A stretch of 64,000 nucleotides of DNA, taken from a phage. Below the pieces are notes generated by a model that did not search any database, was not told where the DNA came from, and saw nothing but the letters and a program-made list of their open reading frames with translations. This document shows positions 50,335 to 61,276 of the stretch, in pieces. Position 1 is the stretch's first letter; the number at the start of each line of letters is the position of its first letter. Where the stretch lies: sequence record PZ445439.1. One strand, given 5' to 3'. The position numbers were made by a program, and so were the translations under genes.

Positions 50335-52148
50335 TGATGCTTAACCCTATGCATGATTTCTTTATTTTTGCCGAGATTAAATCCGCGTTCATTCGGATTT
50401 CCCAAATAGCCGCATGTTCTTCTTATGGTATTCATCTTTTTAGGATCAGTTTCTCCACAAATAGAACAAACAAATCCGTTTTCAGTAGGAGTCATTTCAT
50501 GGGTACTTCCACACGTAAAACATTTATCTACTGGCATGTTAACGCCAAAATAATCTAAATGCTGTGCAGCATAATCCCATACGGCCTCAAGACCTTTTAG
50601 GTTGTTTTTCATATCAGGAAGTTCAACATAAGAAATGTGACCACCTGTCGCAATGAAATGATATGGTGCTTCACGAGAAATTTTTTCAAACGGAGTAATA
50701 TTTTCTTCTACTGAAACGTGGAAACTGTTAGTGTACCATCCTTTATCAGTAACATCCTTTACACTTCCATATTTTTCAGTATCAAGTTTACAGAAGCGAT
50801 AACAAAGGTTTTCAGCGGGGGTAGAATACAAGCTAAAAGCAAAACCGGTTCTTTCAGTCCACTGCTTAAGACGAGCATTCATTTTAGATAAAATTTCTTG
50901 TCCAATATCACGACCGACAAGAATATTCAATTCGTGAATACCAATGTATCCTAGGGACACTGAACTTCTACCGTTTTTAAATAACTCAATTATATCATCA
51001 TCCGGTTTAAGACGAACCCCGAATGCACCTTCTTGGTAAAGAATAGGAGCAACAGTCGCTTTAACTCCTTTTAAAGAACTAATTCTACACATCAAAGCTT
51101 CAAAACACAAATCCATTCGCTCATTGAATAATTCGGCAAATTTCTGTTCATTGAACTGTGTTCCAATATAAGAATCTAACGCAATGCGTGGAAGATTCAG
51201 CGTTACAACACCAAGATTATTACGTCCATCAAGAATTTCATTACCAGTCGAATCTTTCCATACGCTCAAGAAACTACGGCAACCCATCGGAGAAACAGGA
51301 ATAGATGAACCGGTGATAGCTTTATTGTTTTTAGCTGAAATAATATCAGGATACATCCTTTTGCTTGCGCACTCTAGAGCAAGCTGCTTAATATCATAGT
51401 TCGGATCGTCTTTATAAAGATTAACGCCTTCTTCAACAAACATAACAAGCTTAGGGAAAATAGGAGTTATCCCATCACGACCGAGACCTTTAATACGATT
51501 TTTCAGAATTGCTTTCTGAATCATTCGTTCAGTCCAGTCAGTTCCCGTACCAAATGTAATTGTTACAAAAGGCGTTTGTCCATTTGAACTAAAGAGAGTA
51601 TTTACTTCATATTCATAAGCTTGGAATGCATCGTATACGTCTTTTTCTGTTTTAGATTGGGCATAATTCAACGCATCAGCAATTTGCCATTTTTCTGCAT
51701 CCTCGATATGTTTTGCATAGGTGCGTTTAACATAAGGAGAAAGTACTTTATCTACATTCGCAAAAGTCGTTCCGCCATATTGATGAGAAGCAACTTGTGC
51801 AGTAATTTGCGCCATAATTGCAGTAGCAACACCGATTGATTTAGGTGTTTCAATCTGCGCATTACCGAGCTTAAATCCGTTCTCAAGCATTCCTTTTAAA
51901 TCTACTAAACAGCAATTAGTAAATGGAAGAGCAGGGGAATAATCAATATCATGGAAATGAATAATTCCGCTTTCATGCGCTTTCATAATAAAAGACGGGA
52001 CCATATTTTTGGCAATGTGTTTAGACACAATACCAGCCATAAGGTCCCGTTGAGTTGGAAAAACACGAGAATCTTTATTAGCATTCTCGTTTAAAAGGTC
52101 TTTATTAGTTTTATGAATCAATCCTTCAATTTCTTTTTCAATTGTCAT
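50331..52148 (-). CDS. nrdD: anaerobic ribonucleoside-triphosphate reductase NrdD, intron-less
   Basis: 605 aa; C-terminal glycyl-radical motif RTCGY and zinc-ribbon cysteines; single uninterrupted ORF. Confidence 0.9.
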   Translation of the reverse strand: MTIEKEIEGLIHKTNKDLLNENANKDSRVFPTQRDLMAGIVSKHIAKNMVPSFIMKAHESGIIHFHDIDYSPALPFTNCCLVDLKGMLENGFKLGNAQIETPKSIGVATAIMAQITAQVASHQYGGTTFANVDKVLSPYVKRTYAKHIEDAEKWQIADALNYAQSKTEKDVYDAFQAYEYEVNTLFSSNGQTPFVTITFGTGTDWTERMIQKAILKNRIKGLGRDGITPIFPKLVMFVEEGVNLYKDDPNYDIKQLALECASKRMYPDIISAKNNKAITGSSIPVSPMGCRSFLSVWKDSTGNEILDGRNNLGVVTLNLPRIALDSYIGTQFNEQKFAELFNERMDLCFEALMCRISSLKGVKATVAPILYQEGAFGVRLKPDDDIIELFKNGRSSVSLGYIGIHELNILVGRDIGQEILSKMNARLKQWTERTGFAFSLYSTPAENLCYRFCKLDTEKYGSVKDVTDKGWYTNSFHVSVEENITPFEKISREAPYHFIATGGHISYVELPDMKNNLKGLEAVWDYAAQHLDYFGVNMPVDKCFTCGSTHEMTPTENGFVCSICGETDPKKMNTIRRTCGYLGNPNERGFNLGKNKEIMHRVKHQ

Positions 52149-52618
52149 TTTAAACTCTTTCTAAGCTGCTTCTTAAATGAAGCTATTAACTGTGTTTTAG
52201 TGTCAGATTCATTATATTCAAATCCTCTTTGAAGCATCTCAGCCATCATTTCCTCTTTTCCTAAACGAGAAAATTCCTTTGATTTATCTCCAACAAAGTT
52301 AGGGTGAATATTGTTTTGGGTGTAATCGGATTTTAAATAAGTAAGTAAATTTTCTAACCATTCAAGATAATCAACGCCTTGTCCCTTTAAACCAGAACGA
52401 TTAAATTTGTGCTTCATTTGACCTTCTGCAGCATTACACAGATTACATAACAATCCACGTACCTTTCCTGCTTTCGGTCCATTTAATTCATGGTCATGAT
52501 CGAGGTGATTAGCTTGAACATCAGGATTTAATTCTCGTTGGCAAATTAAGCATTTACCATTTTGTGCATTATAAAATTTTTGTTTTTCTTCTTTATATAA
52601 TTTGCCAGTCAATAACAT
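52145..52618 (-). CDS. 49: endonuclease VII gp49 (Holliday junction resolvase)
   Basis: 157 aa as in T4; His-Cys box LDHDHELNGPKAGKVRGLLCNLCN. Confidence 0.85.
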   Translation of the reverse strand: MLLTGKLYKEEKQKFYNAQNGKCLICQRELNPDVQANHLDHDHELNGPKAGKVRGLLCNLCNAAEGQMKHKFNRSGLKGQGVDYLEWLENLLTYLKSDYTQNNIHPNFVGDKSKEFSRLGKEEMMAEMLQRGFEYNESDTKTQLIASFKKQLRKSLK

Positions 52619-52667
52619 AATAAAACCCTTACCTTAAATAGATAAGGGTATTTATTATTTTCAAGTA

Positions 52668-53132
52668 TTAAAACGCTCGGTCAGAAAAAGAAATTTGGGT
52701 TTCAAGCCATTCAATGTATTCTGCGGCAGCTTGCATCAAATTTCCTTCGTAGCCATCGTTATTTTCTTGTGAAGCTAATTTAGCTAATGCATATGAAATA
52801 CGTTCACCTTGAAAAGCGGCTTTAGGCTTCTGGGCAGCTTGATTAGTTCGTTCTACGACTTCTTCAATTTCACCATTTTCTACTGATTCAGTATTCCACA
52901 AACACCAATACGTAATTGGCTTATCATAGATGTTAATAATCTTTCCATCAGAAAGTTCAATTTCAATAATTCCAGTATCAGGTTCTATATCATCTTCACA
53001 TTCTTTTGCAAGTTCACGAACTTTAAAGACAGTACCTGCACTAAGTTCCGGCCAGTAATTACACAGCCCTTTATCAGCACGATTAATTCTAAACCACTTA
53101 TCTACTGTAATCATGTCCCATCTCCATATCAA
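52668..53132 (-). CDS. hypothetical protein at the pin position (possible protease inhibitor Pin)
   Basis: 154-aa ORF located between 49 and nrdC as T4 pin; no motif recognised. Confidence 0.3.
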   Translation of the reverse strand: MIWRWDMITVDKWFRINRADKGLCNYWPELSAGTVFKVRELAKECEDDIEPDTGIIEIELSDGKIINIYDKPITYWCLWNTESVENGEIEEVVERTNQAAQKPKAAFQGERISYALAKLASQENNDGYEGNLMQAAAEYIEWLETQISFSDRAF

Positions 53133-53953
53133 TTAAGTCATTTATCGTTGGTTCATTATATACTGTTTCTTCATCAGTGTAAACCGGTTCTTCCGGCTCT
53201 GGCTCTACAGTTTCCCATCTAGCCGCCCACCAAGGTTTTATAGCGTAATCCATTCTCGTACTGTCTGAGTTACTACACGTTCACGGGGCTCGACTAGTTC
53301 AACAGTCGGAACTGCATAATACCAGTCAGAATGATAAGAACCTGATCGAGATTCATTTACCGCTACATGTACATTATGTTTTGGACTAAAGTAAACGCAC
53401 TGACGATATTGGCATTTACCATCTTGCACCCAATCTTCTATTTCGACAGGTTTAAGATAATCCGAAAAATCGAAATCATAATTTTCTGAAAATGCATCGT
53501 GGTCTTCAATAATTTCACTCAGAACTGCATCAACATCTAATTTATTTTCAATAGTCATTTGTCACCACTTAATTTCGCAATTTATTAAGTTCTTCATAAT
53601 CAATCCAGGATTCTAATCCTGATGGCAAATCAGATTCAATTTCCCAAAGAAGTTCTTCAATTTTCTGAAGACGATCCAATTCTTCAGCTGGAATAGTAAC
53701 CATTGCCGGAGCTCTTGCTGCACTAATATCGTAAATCATATTTACCCCAGTTTGACCATGCAATCGCCATATTTCCACTTAGAAATAGACTTTTCGCCAT
53801 TAGAATAATAAACTTCGAGTTTAGCACGGTTATTTTTAATTTGAATAACCTTAGCTGTCATCAAAGTTCCATACCCATAGTAAACTGCAACTTCATCACC
53901 TACATATACCGCGCTTCCGCGGTAGTCATGGATATAATCAGTTCCTTCGAGCA

Positions 53954-54217
53954 TCATTTAAAGTATTCCCGCAATTGGTCAAATCCACCAATATGACTTC
54001 CATCAGGAGCAAATACCTGAGGCATCGTCAAGCCGATTTGAGTATCACGACCTAGTTTCGTCAGAAGCTCAGCAATTTTCTCATCATCAAAAACACCTTT
54101 TTCCGGCATAATGTTGATAAATTCAAACGGCTGCTTCTTCACGGTCAAAAGACGTTTTGCATTATCGCAATACACACATTTATGGATGTTGCTATCATAA
54201 CCATATACTTTAAACAT
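53954..54217 (-). CDS. nrdC: NrdC thioredoxin/glutaredoxin
   Basis: 87 aa as in T4; active site CVYC. Confidence 0.85.
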   Translation of the reverse strand: MFKVYGYDSNIHKCVYCDNAKRLLTVKKQPFEFINIMPEKGVFDDEKIAELLTKLGRDTQIGLTMPQVFAPDGSHIGGFDQLREYFK

Positions 54218-54447
54218 AATATTCCTTAATTCCTAGTACTTGTTTAAAAGTCTCGTCGTAATCAAGACTTTGGCCCGTTTGTTCTTTATGTTTGTATATA
54301 ATATCACTTACTTCTGATAGCATATTTTTATATGAACGAGTTAAAGCAGATTTAAGCACGCTGTATCTATCAGGAAATTTACCATGTTCATTATAATAAG
54401 CTATTGCTAATTCACGGACTGCCTTTTCAGCAGCCTCCATATATTCT

Positions 54448-54765
54448 TTACGCTTGGTCATTTTCTTCTCGGTCAAATCGGTGTTTACAATGGCGACATT
54501 TATAACGAAGATTACTATTCTGCCAATGAACTAATTGTACCTGTTCAGTGCCGCACTTTGGGCAATTAGGAATATTCTTAGAAGCTCTTTCACGTCGTTC
54601 AACCATGGCCATAATAGCATCCCATGCTGGAGGTTTAAAATCTAAATCGTCGCAACCATGAATCTTTCCACGCATTTCCATATCATCTTCCTCACCAGCC
54701 ATAATAATTTTAATTAAACTGGAATTACTTGAAGCTGCGATGTCTTCTAATAAACGCTTTTTCAT
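54448..54765 (-). CDS. small zinc-ribbon protein
   Basis: 105 aa with CPKCG...CRHCKH. Confidence 0.35.
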   Translation of the reverse strand: MKKRLLEDIAASSNSSLIKIIMAGEEDDMEMRGKIHGCDDLDFKPPAWDAIMAMVERRERASKNIPNCPKCGTEQVQLVHWQNSNLRYKCRHCKHRFDREENDQA

Positions 54766-55691
54766 TTCAATACCTCGATGGCATTACGTAAACCATTTGC
54801 TTTGGCGGTTAAAGCCTTAAGAACTTTAGTATGCTCTTCAATTTGTTTTTCAACTTCAGCCAAACGTACATTGAGATATTCACGTTCTTCGCTCAGATTA
54901 TCAACCTTTTCTACTTTAGGTTCTTTTATAACTGACTTATATGTATTAGGGTTCTTCAGTTTAATTAGAATGCGTGAACTATATAACATTGAACCATTAT
55001 CTTCGGTTTCGTCATACATTTCTACTACGTCCATGATTTTTAACATCATGCGAAGTTTATAAGACAACGAACGAATAGTTTTGTTGTGCTTATTAATTTC
55101 TTTAGCTGTCATGATGCCGAGATTACGTGAGTAATAATAAGGAACCTGGATATTAATTAATACTGATGAACCACCTGGCTTGTGTGTTACTTCATCAGCA
55201 ATAACCCAGTCCTTAACATGAACTGTATTTGTACGATCATCGCCCGCGGTAAATAGTTTACGAGCATGCTTAAAAAGCATATTCACTTGGTCATTGAATT
55301 GACAAGCAAATTTATCAGCAAATTTAGTTTCAGGAATGGTAGATAACCAATCAGCCAAATGGGTCTTTTTAACATCATTAACAATAGTAAATTCAACCAA
55401 ATCGGTTATAGATGTCTCAGATTTAATGAAGCTCGGCTTCATAAAGTTTTTAATGTTCTCATGAGCTACAGTAGAAGATAACATACGAGAACGTTTAAAC
55501 CATTCAAGCAAATTTCCTAACGAATGAGAATAAGCATTCTGAGTATCTTTACAGATATGATTTTCCTGTCCAACATATTGAAGGAAATCACGAAGAATAT
55601 TATTAACTACTGCTCTGTGTCCTATCTGATAATTGCGATGTTTAGTAATAAGACTGTTAAAATAATCAATATAATGTTTACGAGTTTTCAT
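54762..55691 (-). CDS. hypothetical protein with C-terminal coiled coil (family member 1 of 4)
   Basis: 309 aa; heptad-like C-terminal about 40 aa ([33 protein letters not shown]). Confidence 0.45.
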   Translation of the reverse strand: MKTRKHYIDYFNSLITKHRNYQIGHRAVVNNILRDFLQYVGQENHICKDTQNAYSHSLGNLLEWFKRSRMLSSTVAHENIKNFMKPSFIKSETSITDLVEFTIVNDVKKTHLADWLSTIPETKFADKFACQFNDQVNMLFKHARKLFTAGDDRTNTVHVKDWVIADEVTHKPGGSSVLINIQVPYYYSRNLGIMTAKEINKHNKTIRSLSYKLRMMLKIMDVVEMYDETEDNGSMLYSSRILIKLKNPNTYKSVIKEPKVEKVDNLSEEREYLNVRLAEVEKQIEEHTKVLKALTAKANGLRNAIEVLK

Positions 55692-55745
55692 ATTCTTCTC
55701 ACTTAGTTAATGATTTATGCTCCAAGCCATCCTTGGCTTTAAATT

Positions 55746-56747
55746 TTACTTAATTAACTGTAAAGCTTGTTCAAGACGATCAAGACGATTAACAGATTCT
55801 TCCCAAATCCTTTTAGCCTGTTCATATTCTTTCTGCGCTTTATTAGAAATTTCTAGAACTTCTTTATAAGCTTTTTCTAGTGCAATAACTTCTGGACGAA
55901 TTTCTACCGGTTCGGGTGAATCATCAAGACATTCCATTAGTTCCTCAAGAGTAGTTTCTTCTTTAGGAGTATTCACAATTTCCTCGCATTTTTGTTGATA
56001 AATTTCTTTATCAGTCGGTGAGTACGCGCATTTCACTTCACGAAGGCTAATTATAATTTTATATCCTTCCCAACCACATATATTTTTGAAAGGATACGTA
56101 TGAATACTTTTTACAGTTTCCATACAGCCCAAAGCCGCCTCTAACTGATGGGTTATAGTACTAGCAATTGAGAAAAATTTATTAATATTCTTTTGGTTAA
56201 CTTCCGGTGTAAAAAATCCATAATTCACAAAAATAGCTACTTTATTTTTATCAAGCTCATATTCTTTTACGATAATCATATCAGAAGCTAAAGGATGAAT
56301 TTGACGATAATCACCATAACATAATTTAGAAGCTGATTTTAAAATTTGTCCTTTAAAAAGTCTGAAATTACTAATCCAACGACGAGTAAAAATATTCTCA
56401 GGGTCTTCTTTATTATTAAGATGATAAGAATTAACATCACCGAACCAATTATATCCTACTACATCTTTGGTTCGTTTAATTTCTTTCCCAAATTTACCAA
56501 AAATATCCCGATTAACCAAATATGAAAGAAGACGAGACCCTTTAAAGGTTTCCTTAATATCATCTTTATCTACACGGCTAGAAATTTTACAAACTTCATG
56601 AATAAATTTACTTGAAGAAACTATACTTGCATCAATACTATTGAGCCATTGATTGATAATAGAAAGAACACCGTGATGACTAGACATGGGTTTAACTTTA
56701 TCATCAATAACGCTATTGAATGATTTGATATATTCGTTACGAGTCAT
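55746..56747 (-). CDS. hypothetical protein with C-terminal coiled coil (family member 2 of 4)
   Basis: start at MTRNEYIKSF after early promoter; C-terminal coiled coil. Confidence 0.45.
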   Translation of the reverse strand: MTRNEYIKSFNSVIDDKVKPMSSHHGVLSIINQWLNSIDASIVSSSKFIHEVCKISSRVDKDDIKETFKGSRLLSYLVNRDIFGKFGKEIKRTKDVVGYNWFGDVNSYHLNNKEDPENIFTRRWISNFRLFKGQILKSASKLCYGDYRQIHPLASDMIIVKEYELDKNKVAIFVNYGFFTPEVNQKNINKFFSIASTITHQLEAALGCMETVKSIHTYPFKNICGWEGYKIIISLREVKCAYSPTDKEIYQQKCEEIVNTPKEETTLEELMECLDDSPEPVEIRPEVIALEKAYKEVLEISNKAQKEYEQAKRIWEESVNRLDRLEQALQLIK

Positions 56748-56804
56748 AATAATCTCCTCAGTAGAAAGTAAGAACATTATACCACATCCTTGTGGCAAAG
56801 TAAA

Positions 56805-57833
56805 CTAGTTCAGTGCATTTAGTGCATTGTTCAGTTTAGAACGTTGTTTTGTCAGATTTTGAACCCTTGACTGTGCTTGTTCTAACACCTTTTCAGCTTC
56901 TAGCATTTCATTAGTTGCTTTAACAAGTTCATCATCTACTGCTTTAAGAGACTTCTCAATCGCATCGGCGTGCCATTTTTCAACAGGTTTAAGACTCGGA
57001 TTTTCAACAGGAAGAAAATTCACTTTATTGAATTTCCATGCATCATTATTACCTGAACTATACATCCAAAATTTAGGATCGTTTGATAAGTAATTAGATA
57101 AATTTAAGTTATAGTTATCTTGCACTTCCTGTTTTTTCTCTTGCGGGACTTCGTCCTTTCTCAAATAATCATATTTAAATGAAACGACCATATCAAGTTC
57201 ATATGTTGTCGTATCTAATTTAAATCGTTCGAAATGCTGCGAAATCTTAGACTGAACAGCGGAAACAACATCCATATACTTAAATGCTTCTGTCAATTGT
57301 GATTTAAGGCATTCGCAAATTGAAAGAGAATTTTTTGTATTAGGTTTAAAGCTAATTCGTGCAGTTCTGTTATTTTCTTTTAATGGTCTTACTTCCATCT
57401 GAAGAGTATAACCATCAAATTTCAGATTCTTTAAGTTAATGTCAGAGCCTTTTAATCGACTAGCAGTAGACAAAATTTGCTTTAATTGTCTACGGAACAG
57501 AGCAATAAATCTCCATTCAATACGATAATGATTTGGATTGAAAAATCCAGATGATAAATCGACCTTACTTTGACCAACGCCTTGAACAAATAGAGGATTT
57601 TTATAATCAATAGTTTTACAGAAATCAACGAGTTGCTCGCGAGCAGTCATTTGTGTAATATACCCTGCTTTACTAAAATGACGTAACCATTCACTGCTAT
57701 TCAAATGTTTAAAGGCATGAATGGAACAATTAACTTTACCAAGGTCTAAATTATTTTCGCACAAAAATGTCATAGCATCACGAGTATAACTGGCATTACG
57801 AACAATATCTTCAATTTGAGAACGAGTTTTCAT
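56805..57833 (-). CDS. hypothetical protein with C-terminal coiled coil (family member 3 of 4)
   Basis: 342 aa; C-terminal coiled coil. Confidence 0.45.
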   Translation of the reverse strand: MKTRSQIEDIVRNASYTRDAMTFLCENNLDLGKVNCSIHAFKHLNSSEWLRHFSKAGYITQMTAREQLVDFCKTIDYKNPLFVQGVGQSKVDLSSGFFNPNHYRIEWRFIALFRRQLKQILSTASRLKGSDINLKNLKFDGYTLQMEVRPLKENNRTARISFKPNTKNSLSICECLKSQLTEAFKYMDVVSAVQSKISQHFERFKLDTTTYELDMVVSFKYDYLRKDEVPQEKKQEVQDNYNLNLSNYLSNDPKFWMYSSGNNDAWKFNKVNFLPVENPSLKPVEKWHADAIEKSLKAVDDELVKATNEMLEAEKVLEQAQSRVQNLTKQRSKLNNALNALN

Positions 57834-57841
57834 AGTATTCC

Positions 57842-58753
57842 TTAAGATTTAAGTAAATCAACAATTTTAATTAACTTTTCACGCTCAGATTTAGCTTTAC
57901 TACTCAGTCCAGATAGTCTAAAAATTTCATCATCATATTGTTGAATAGAAATATTCAGCTCTTCAATCTGCTTATTAAAATAATCAATTTGTTCAGAATG
58001 TTTTTCGTTACTACGAACTGGTACAGGTTTTGTAGGCAATTCAATTGAACTGGATTCATCCGGGCGATAAATTAAAATACAACTTGAACCAATTGGACAT
58101 TTTGCACCAGATGAATATTCTAATGTTCCAGATTCTTTTAAAACTTCAAAAGCTAAACAGAGATGATGGCCCATATTAACATAATCCGTAGAGCGAGCTC
58201 TGACGTAATAATCATCTCCACGAATACTAAATTTAAAACATTTAAGGTCTTCTGTATTATTAGTTTTAAAAATCATTTGTTTATCTAGACCTTTAGCCAA
58301 TCGAGCGCCTAACGCTAATAATCGTCGTTGATTTTCCCATAAATCCGCAATCATTTGGTCGAATGATAATTTCGGCATTAGTCGGCCATAAAGGTCGTAT
58401 CCTTTATTATAATTGCGAAGGATTTCACTCGCGTTAATACGAGACAATGCTCCAATTTTATTAAGGGCTTTCATAATGCGATTAGATAAACTCATTCCAG
58501 ATCCGTTTGTTCGCTGTAAATGTTTTTCTAATCCAAACCCAATATCAACTTTAAACTTATCTAAAATTTCAGCATGAACATCTCTGTCAATAACATTCAA
58601 ATCCAAAGTTGAGTTAAATCTATGAAAAAATTTATCTGGCTCTCCACGACGAAATACAGTCCATTCATTCATCATTTTTTTATTAACTAAAGATTTAATT
58701 ACTGCATTGACATTATTAATTACTACTGACATATTTTCCTCACTCAATTTCAA
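57842..58753 (-). CDS. hypothetical protein with C-terminal coiled coil (family member 4 of 4)
   Basis: 303 aa; C-terminal coiled coil. Confidence 0.45.
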   Translation of the reverse strand: MKLSEENMSVVINNVNAVIKSLVNKKMMNEWTVFRRGEPDKFFHRFNSTLDLNVIDRDVHAEILDKFKVDIGFGLEKHLQRTNGSGMSLSNRIMKALNKIGALSRINASEILRNYNKGYDLYGRLMPKLSFDQMIADLWENQRRLLALGARLAKGLDKQMIFKTNNTEDLKCFKFSIRGDDYYVRARSTDYVNMGHHLCLAFEVLKESGTLEYSSGAKCPIGSSCILIYRPDESSSIELPTKPVPVRSNEKHSEQIDYFNKQIEELNISIQQYDDEIFRLSGLSSKAKSEREKLIKIVDLLKS

Positions 58754-59147
58754 TTTTACTAAATATACAGAATAAGATGGAACAGACTATATAAGCACCA
58801 CACACAGATTGAACTAATACCATTCCAAAGAACCAAACAATATTATCAAACAATGTCTGTTTTACGTCGAAAGGACGTAAACTTACAGTAATATTATCAC
58901 CTTTTTCTATTGAAGAATACATCTCTGGGGAAATATATTCACTAAATCTATAACCGTCTTTTAGTTCATATACGGCAATAAACGATAAACTAGACCCTTT
59001 TCCTTGTGTTCCTGTAATGGTATTAACTATAGTAACATCATAATCTTTATAATGCATATAATCATTAATAGCATAATAACCGTATGCAACTACTACACAT
59101 AAACAACATATCAATAAATTCAATCTTTTAATTATCAACTGTTTCAT
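58740..59147 (-). CDS. membrane protein
   Basis: 135 aa, N- and C-terminal hydrophobic helices. Confidence 0.4.
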   Translation of the reverse strand: MKQLIIKRLNLLICCLCVVVAYGYYAINDYMHYKDYDVTIVNTITGTQGKGSSLSFIAVYELKDGYRFSEYISPEMYSSIEKGDNITVSLRPFDVKQTLFDNIVWFFGMVLVQSVCGAYIVCSILFCIFSKIEIE

Positions 59148-59202
59148 AATAATCTCAATTAAAAGGGCTTAGAACCATTATACCATCCTTGGTATAAAGC
59201 GG

Positions 59203-59730
59203 TTATGCGAGTACCGTCTTTAACCGTTCTTCAAACTTCCGAAGAGTATTTTGGCGTTCAGCTCTTTGCTTTTTGTAAGTTTCAATACGCTCTGAAATGA
59301 GAGTGTATCGTTCATTCACTGATTCTTTCATAAAATCAGGAATTTCACGAGAAGCTTTAATCTCGTCAAATTTATCAATAACAGCTTGCTCTTCAGCAAT
59401 TAAGTTATCATACATTAAAATATCTTTCTTGATGAACTCAATATCTTCTTGAGTTACACGAGATAATTTAGATGCTTTATCCTTTTTGTACTGTTCGTTA
59501 GTATCACGAGACCAATGTAATATACGATTTTTATTCGTATTCTTGTAAATTTCTACAATACCAATCTCATCAATAATAACGATCCAATTCCAACGGGATT
59601 TGTAAATTTGTCCTCCATCAACAGTGATTTCACCTCCGATTGAGATGTCATTAAAGAACTTGCTTTGTGCTTCAGATTTAAATTTACCATCGTTGTAATT
59701 TACCAAGTTGAAAATATCTTTAGCATTCAT
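59203..59730 (-). CDS. hypothetical protein
   Basis: start at MNAKDIF (GGAGGAACAGAAA-ATG SD); the upstream part of the ORF-track call is read-through of the early promoter. Confidence 0.4.
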   Translation of the reverse strand: MNAKDIFNLVNYNDGKFKSEAQSKFFNDISIGGEITVDGGQIYKSRWNWIVIIDEIGIVEIYKNTNKNRILHWSRDTNEQYKKDKASKLSRVTQEDIEFIKKDILMYDNLIAEEQAVIDKFDEIKASREIPDFMKESVNERYTLISERIETYKKQRAERQNTLRKFEERLKTVLA

Positions 59731-60194
59731 TTTCTGTTCCTCCGTAGTTGATAGTTGTATAGTACCACAGAGGAACAGTCTTGTAAACAACTAAAAGAAA
59801 CTTCTTTCACAATTTTTTCCACTGAACCAGGCGCTCACTGCTTTCTTAGTCTCGGGAGCAGTGTTATCCATAAACCATTCAAAGGCAGCCTTTTTATGAT
59901 TCTGGAGGGCTTCTCGGGCTTTAATCTGCTCACGGTCTATTAACACTAACATATGAGCCTTTCTTGTCACCAGGGGCTTCTTATGATTTTTTGAATACTC
60001 CCAATCATTTGTCCATCGCATTGTCGTTGCGAATTGAAGTACAGCTTCTTTAATTTTAGTTTCGTAAATTTCACGAGCCTTTGAGTATAACATTATTACC
60101 TCCATTTACCAGTTTAATTCTAGTCATCTTTTTGATGGCAGTCCATATAATCTATTTCTGAACTGCCTTTTTGTCTTAGAAGGTCTCTTATGAA

Positions 60195-61175
60195 TTATTT
60201 CAGAAGAGTAACCTCAGCAATTTCTTCCCAACCGTTTTTGTCGGTCATAATAAAGTCAGCAAGATAAAGAGCAGTACGCAGTGAAACATTGCGTAAACGA
60301 TTAACATTGACTTTCATCCATGATAATGCTTTATAAGTTTCTTCATCAGAAAGACCGCGCTTTTGCATCATGTCAGTTGAAAGAATAACATCTTCAACCC
60401 TGACCATAATTTCTTCATTAGTGTGAACACCTAAATCTAAATAAACTGAGCGGGACACTAATGCTTGTAAATGTGGAGCAAGTTTAGTACCACGGTCTAA
60501 TTCGCGGTCAATGTCAACGTTTGTGATAAAAACAATCGTTCCTTTAAATTCAAACTCACGCTCAATGCCTTTTTCTTCTAAGTAAGAAGATGCAGTGCTC
60601 CAGCAGACTTTACGGGTCTCTCCGGTGTCTAGAGCAGCTTTTAGAAGATTAAGAATGTCCATATCAGAGAAAACATCCACATCATCAATCAAAAGGACAG
60701 AATTCTCTTCACGATTATTCCAGAGCTGCTCATAAAGACCGATACCAGAGATTTTACCATTAATGCTTTTATACTCAATGTATCCAACATCATTTGCTTT
60801 ATTTAAAGCTTTATCTAAAGAATACGTTTTACCAATACCTGCCGCACCAGAGATAATTAATGAACGAATGTTTCCGTTAATAATACCATTCGTCATCATT
60901 CCCATAACATTAAATCTTTTATTAATGCGGGTTTTCATATCTTCATATGATTCTTTAACTTCTTCAACTTTTACACCATCATATGAAATATCTGATTTGT
61001 AAACCCAAACACCGCGACGCTTACCGTCAATTTCAACAAAAACTTTACCATCTCCTTGTGCATCCACCGGAGCATTATCTGGGAACCATTCGCCTAAGAG
61101 CTCAAAAGTTCCAGAGATTTCTTTACCGAAGTAGATACCCTTATTGATAGTTACAGTTTTCATTTTATTCTCCAA
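60195..61175 (-). CDS. P-loop NTPase (AAA-like ATPase) of unknown function
   Basis: 326 aa; Walker A GAAGIGKT, Walker B VLLIDDVD; early promoter upstream. Confidence 0.5.
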   Translation of the reverse strand: MENKMKTVTINKGIYFGKEISGTFELLGEWFPDNAPVDAQGDGKVFVEIDGKRRGVWVYKSDISYDGVKVEEVKESYEDMKTRINKRFNVMGMMTNGIINGNIRSLIISGAAGIGKTYSLDKALNKANDVGYIEYKSINGKISGIGLYEQLWNNREENSVLLIDDVDVFSDMDILNLLKAALDTGETRKVCWSTASSYLEEKGIEREFEFKGTIVFITNVDIDRELDRGTKLAPHLQALVSRSVYLDLGVHTNEEIMVRVEDVILSTDMMQKRGLSDEETYKALSWMKVNVNRLRNVSLRTALYLADFIMTDKNGWEEIAEVTLLK

Positions 61176-61179
61176 ATCC

Positions 61180-61240
61180 GTATTAGTTGATAGTTGTATA
61201 GTACCATAAAGCTTTATGCGTGTAAACAGTTTTGTGAAAA
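61180..61240 (-). promoter_or_regulatory. early promoter upstream of the P-loop ATPase gene
   Basis: same conserved cassette (UP-like A/T tract, GTTTAC, TGG-TACTAT). Confidence 0.45.
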
Positions 61241-61257
61241 ATTTTTAAAATAAAAAG

Positions 61258-61275
61258 GGAGCCCGAAGGCTCCCT
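61258..61275 (-). terminator. hairpin downstream of the nucleotidyltransferase-fold gene
   Basis: GGGAGCC-UUCG-GGCUCCC then U tract. Confidence 0.5.
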
Positions 61276-61276
61276 A

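Noticed and set aside
6827-61275. Recurrent GGGCCGAAGCCC-type palindromes considered as possible CRISPR repeats or a repeat-based element
   Set aside because: They are single short hairpins at gene ends with UUCG tetraloops on the transcribed strand, irregularly spaced with full-length genes between them; no repeat-spacer periodicity
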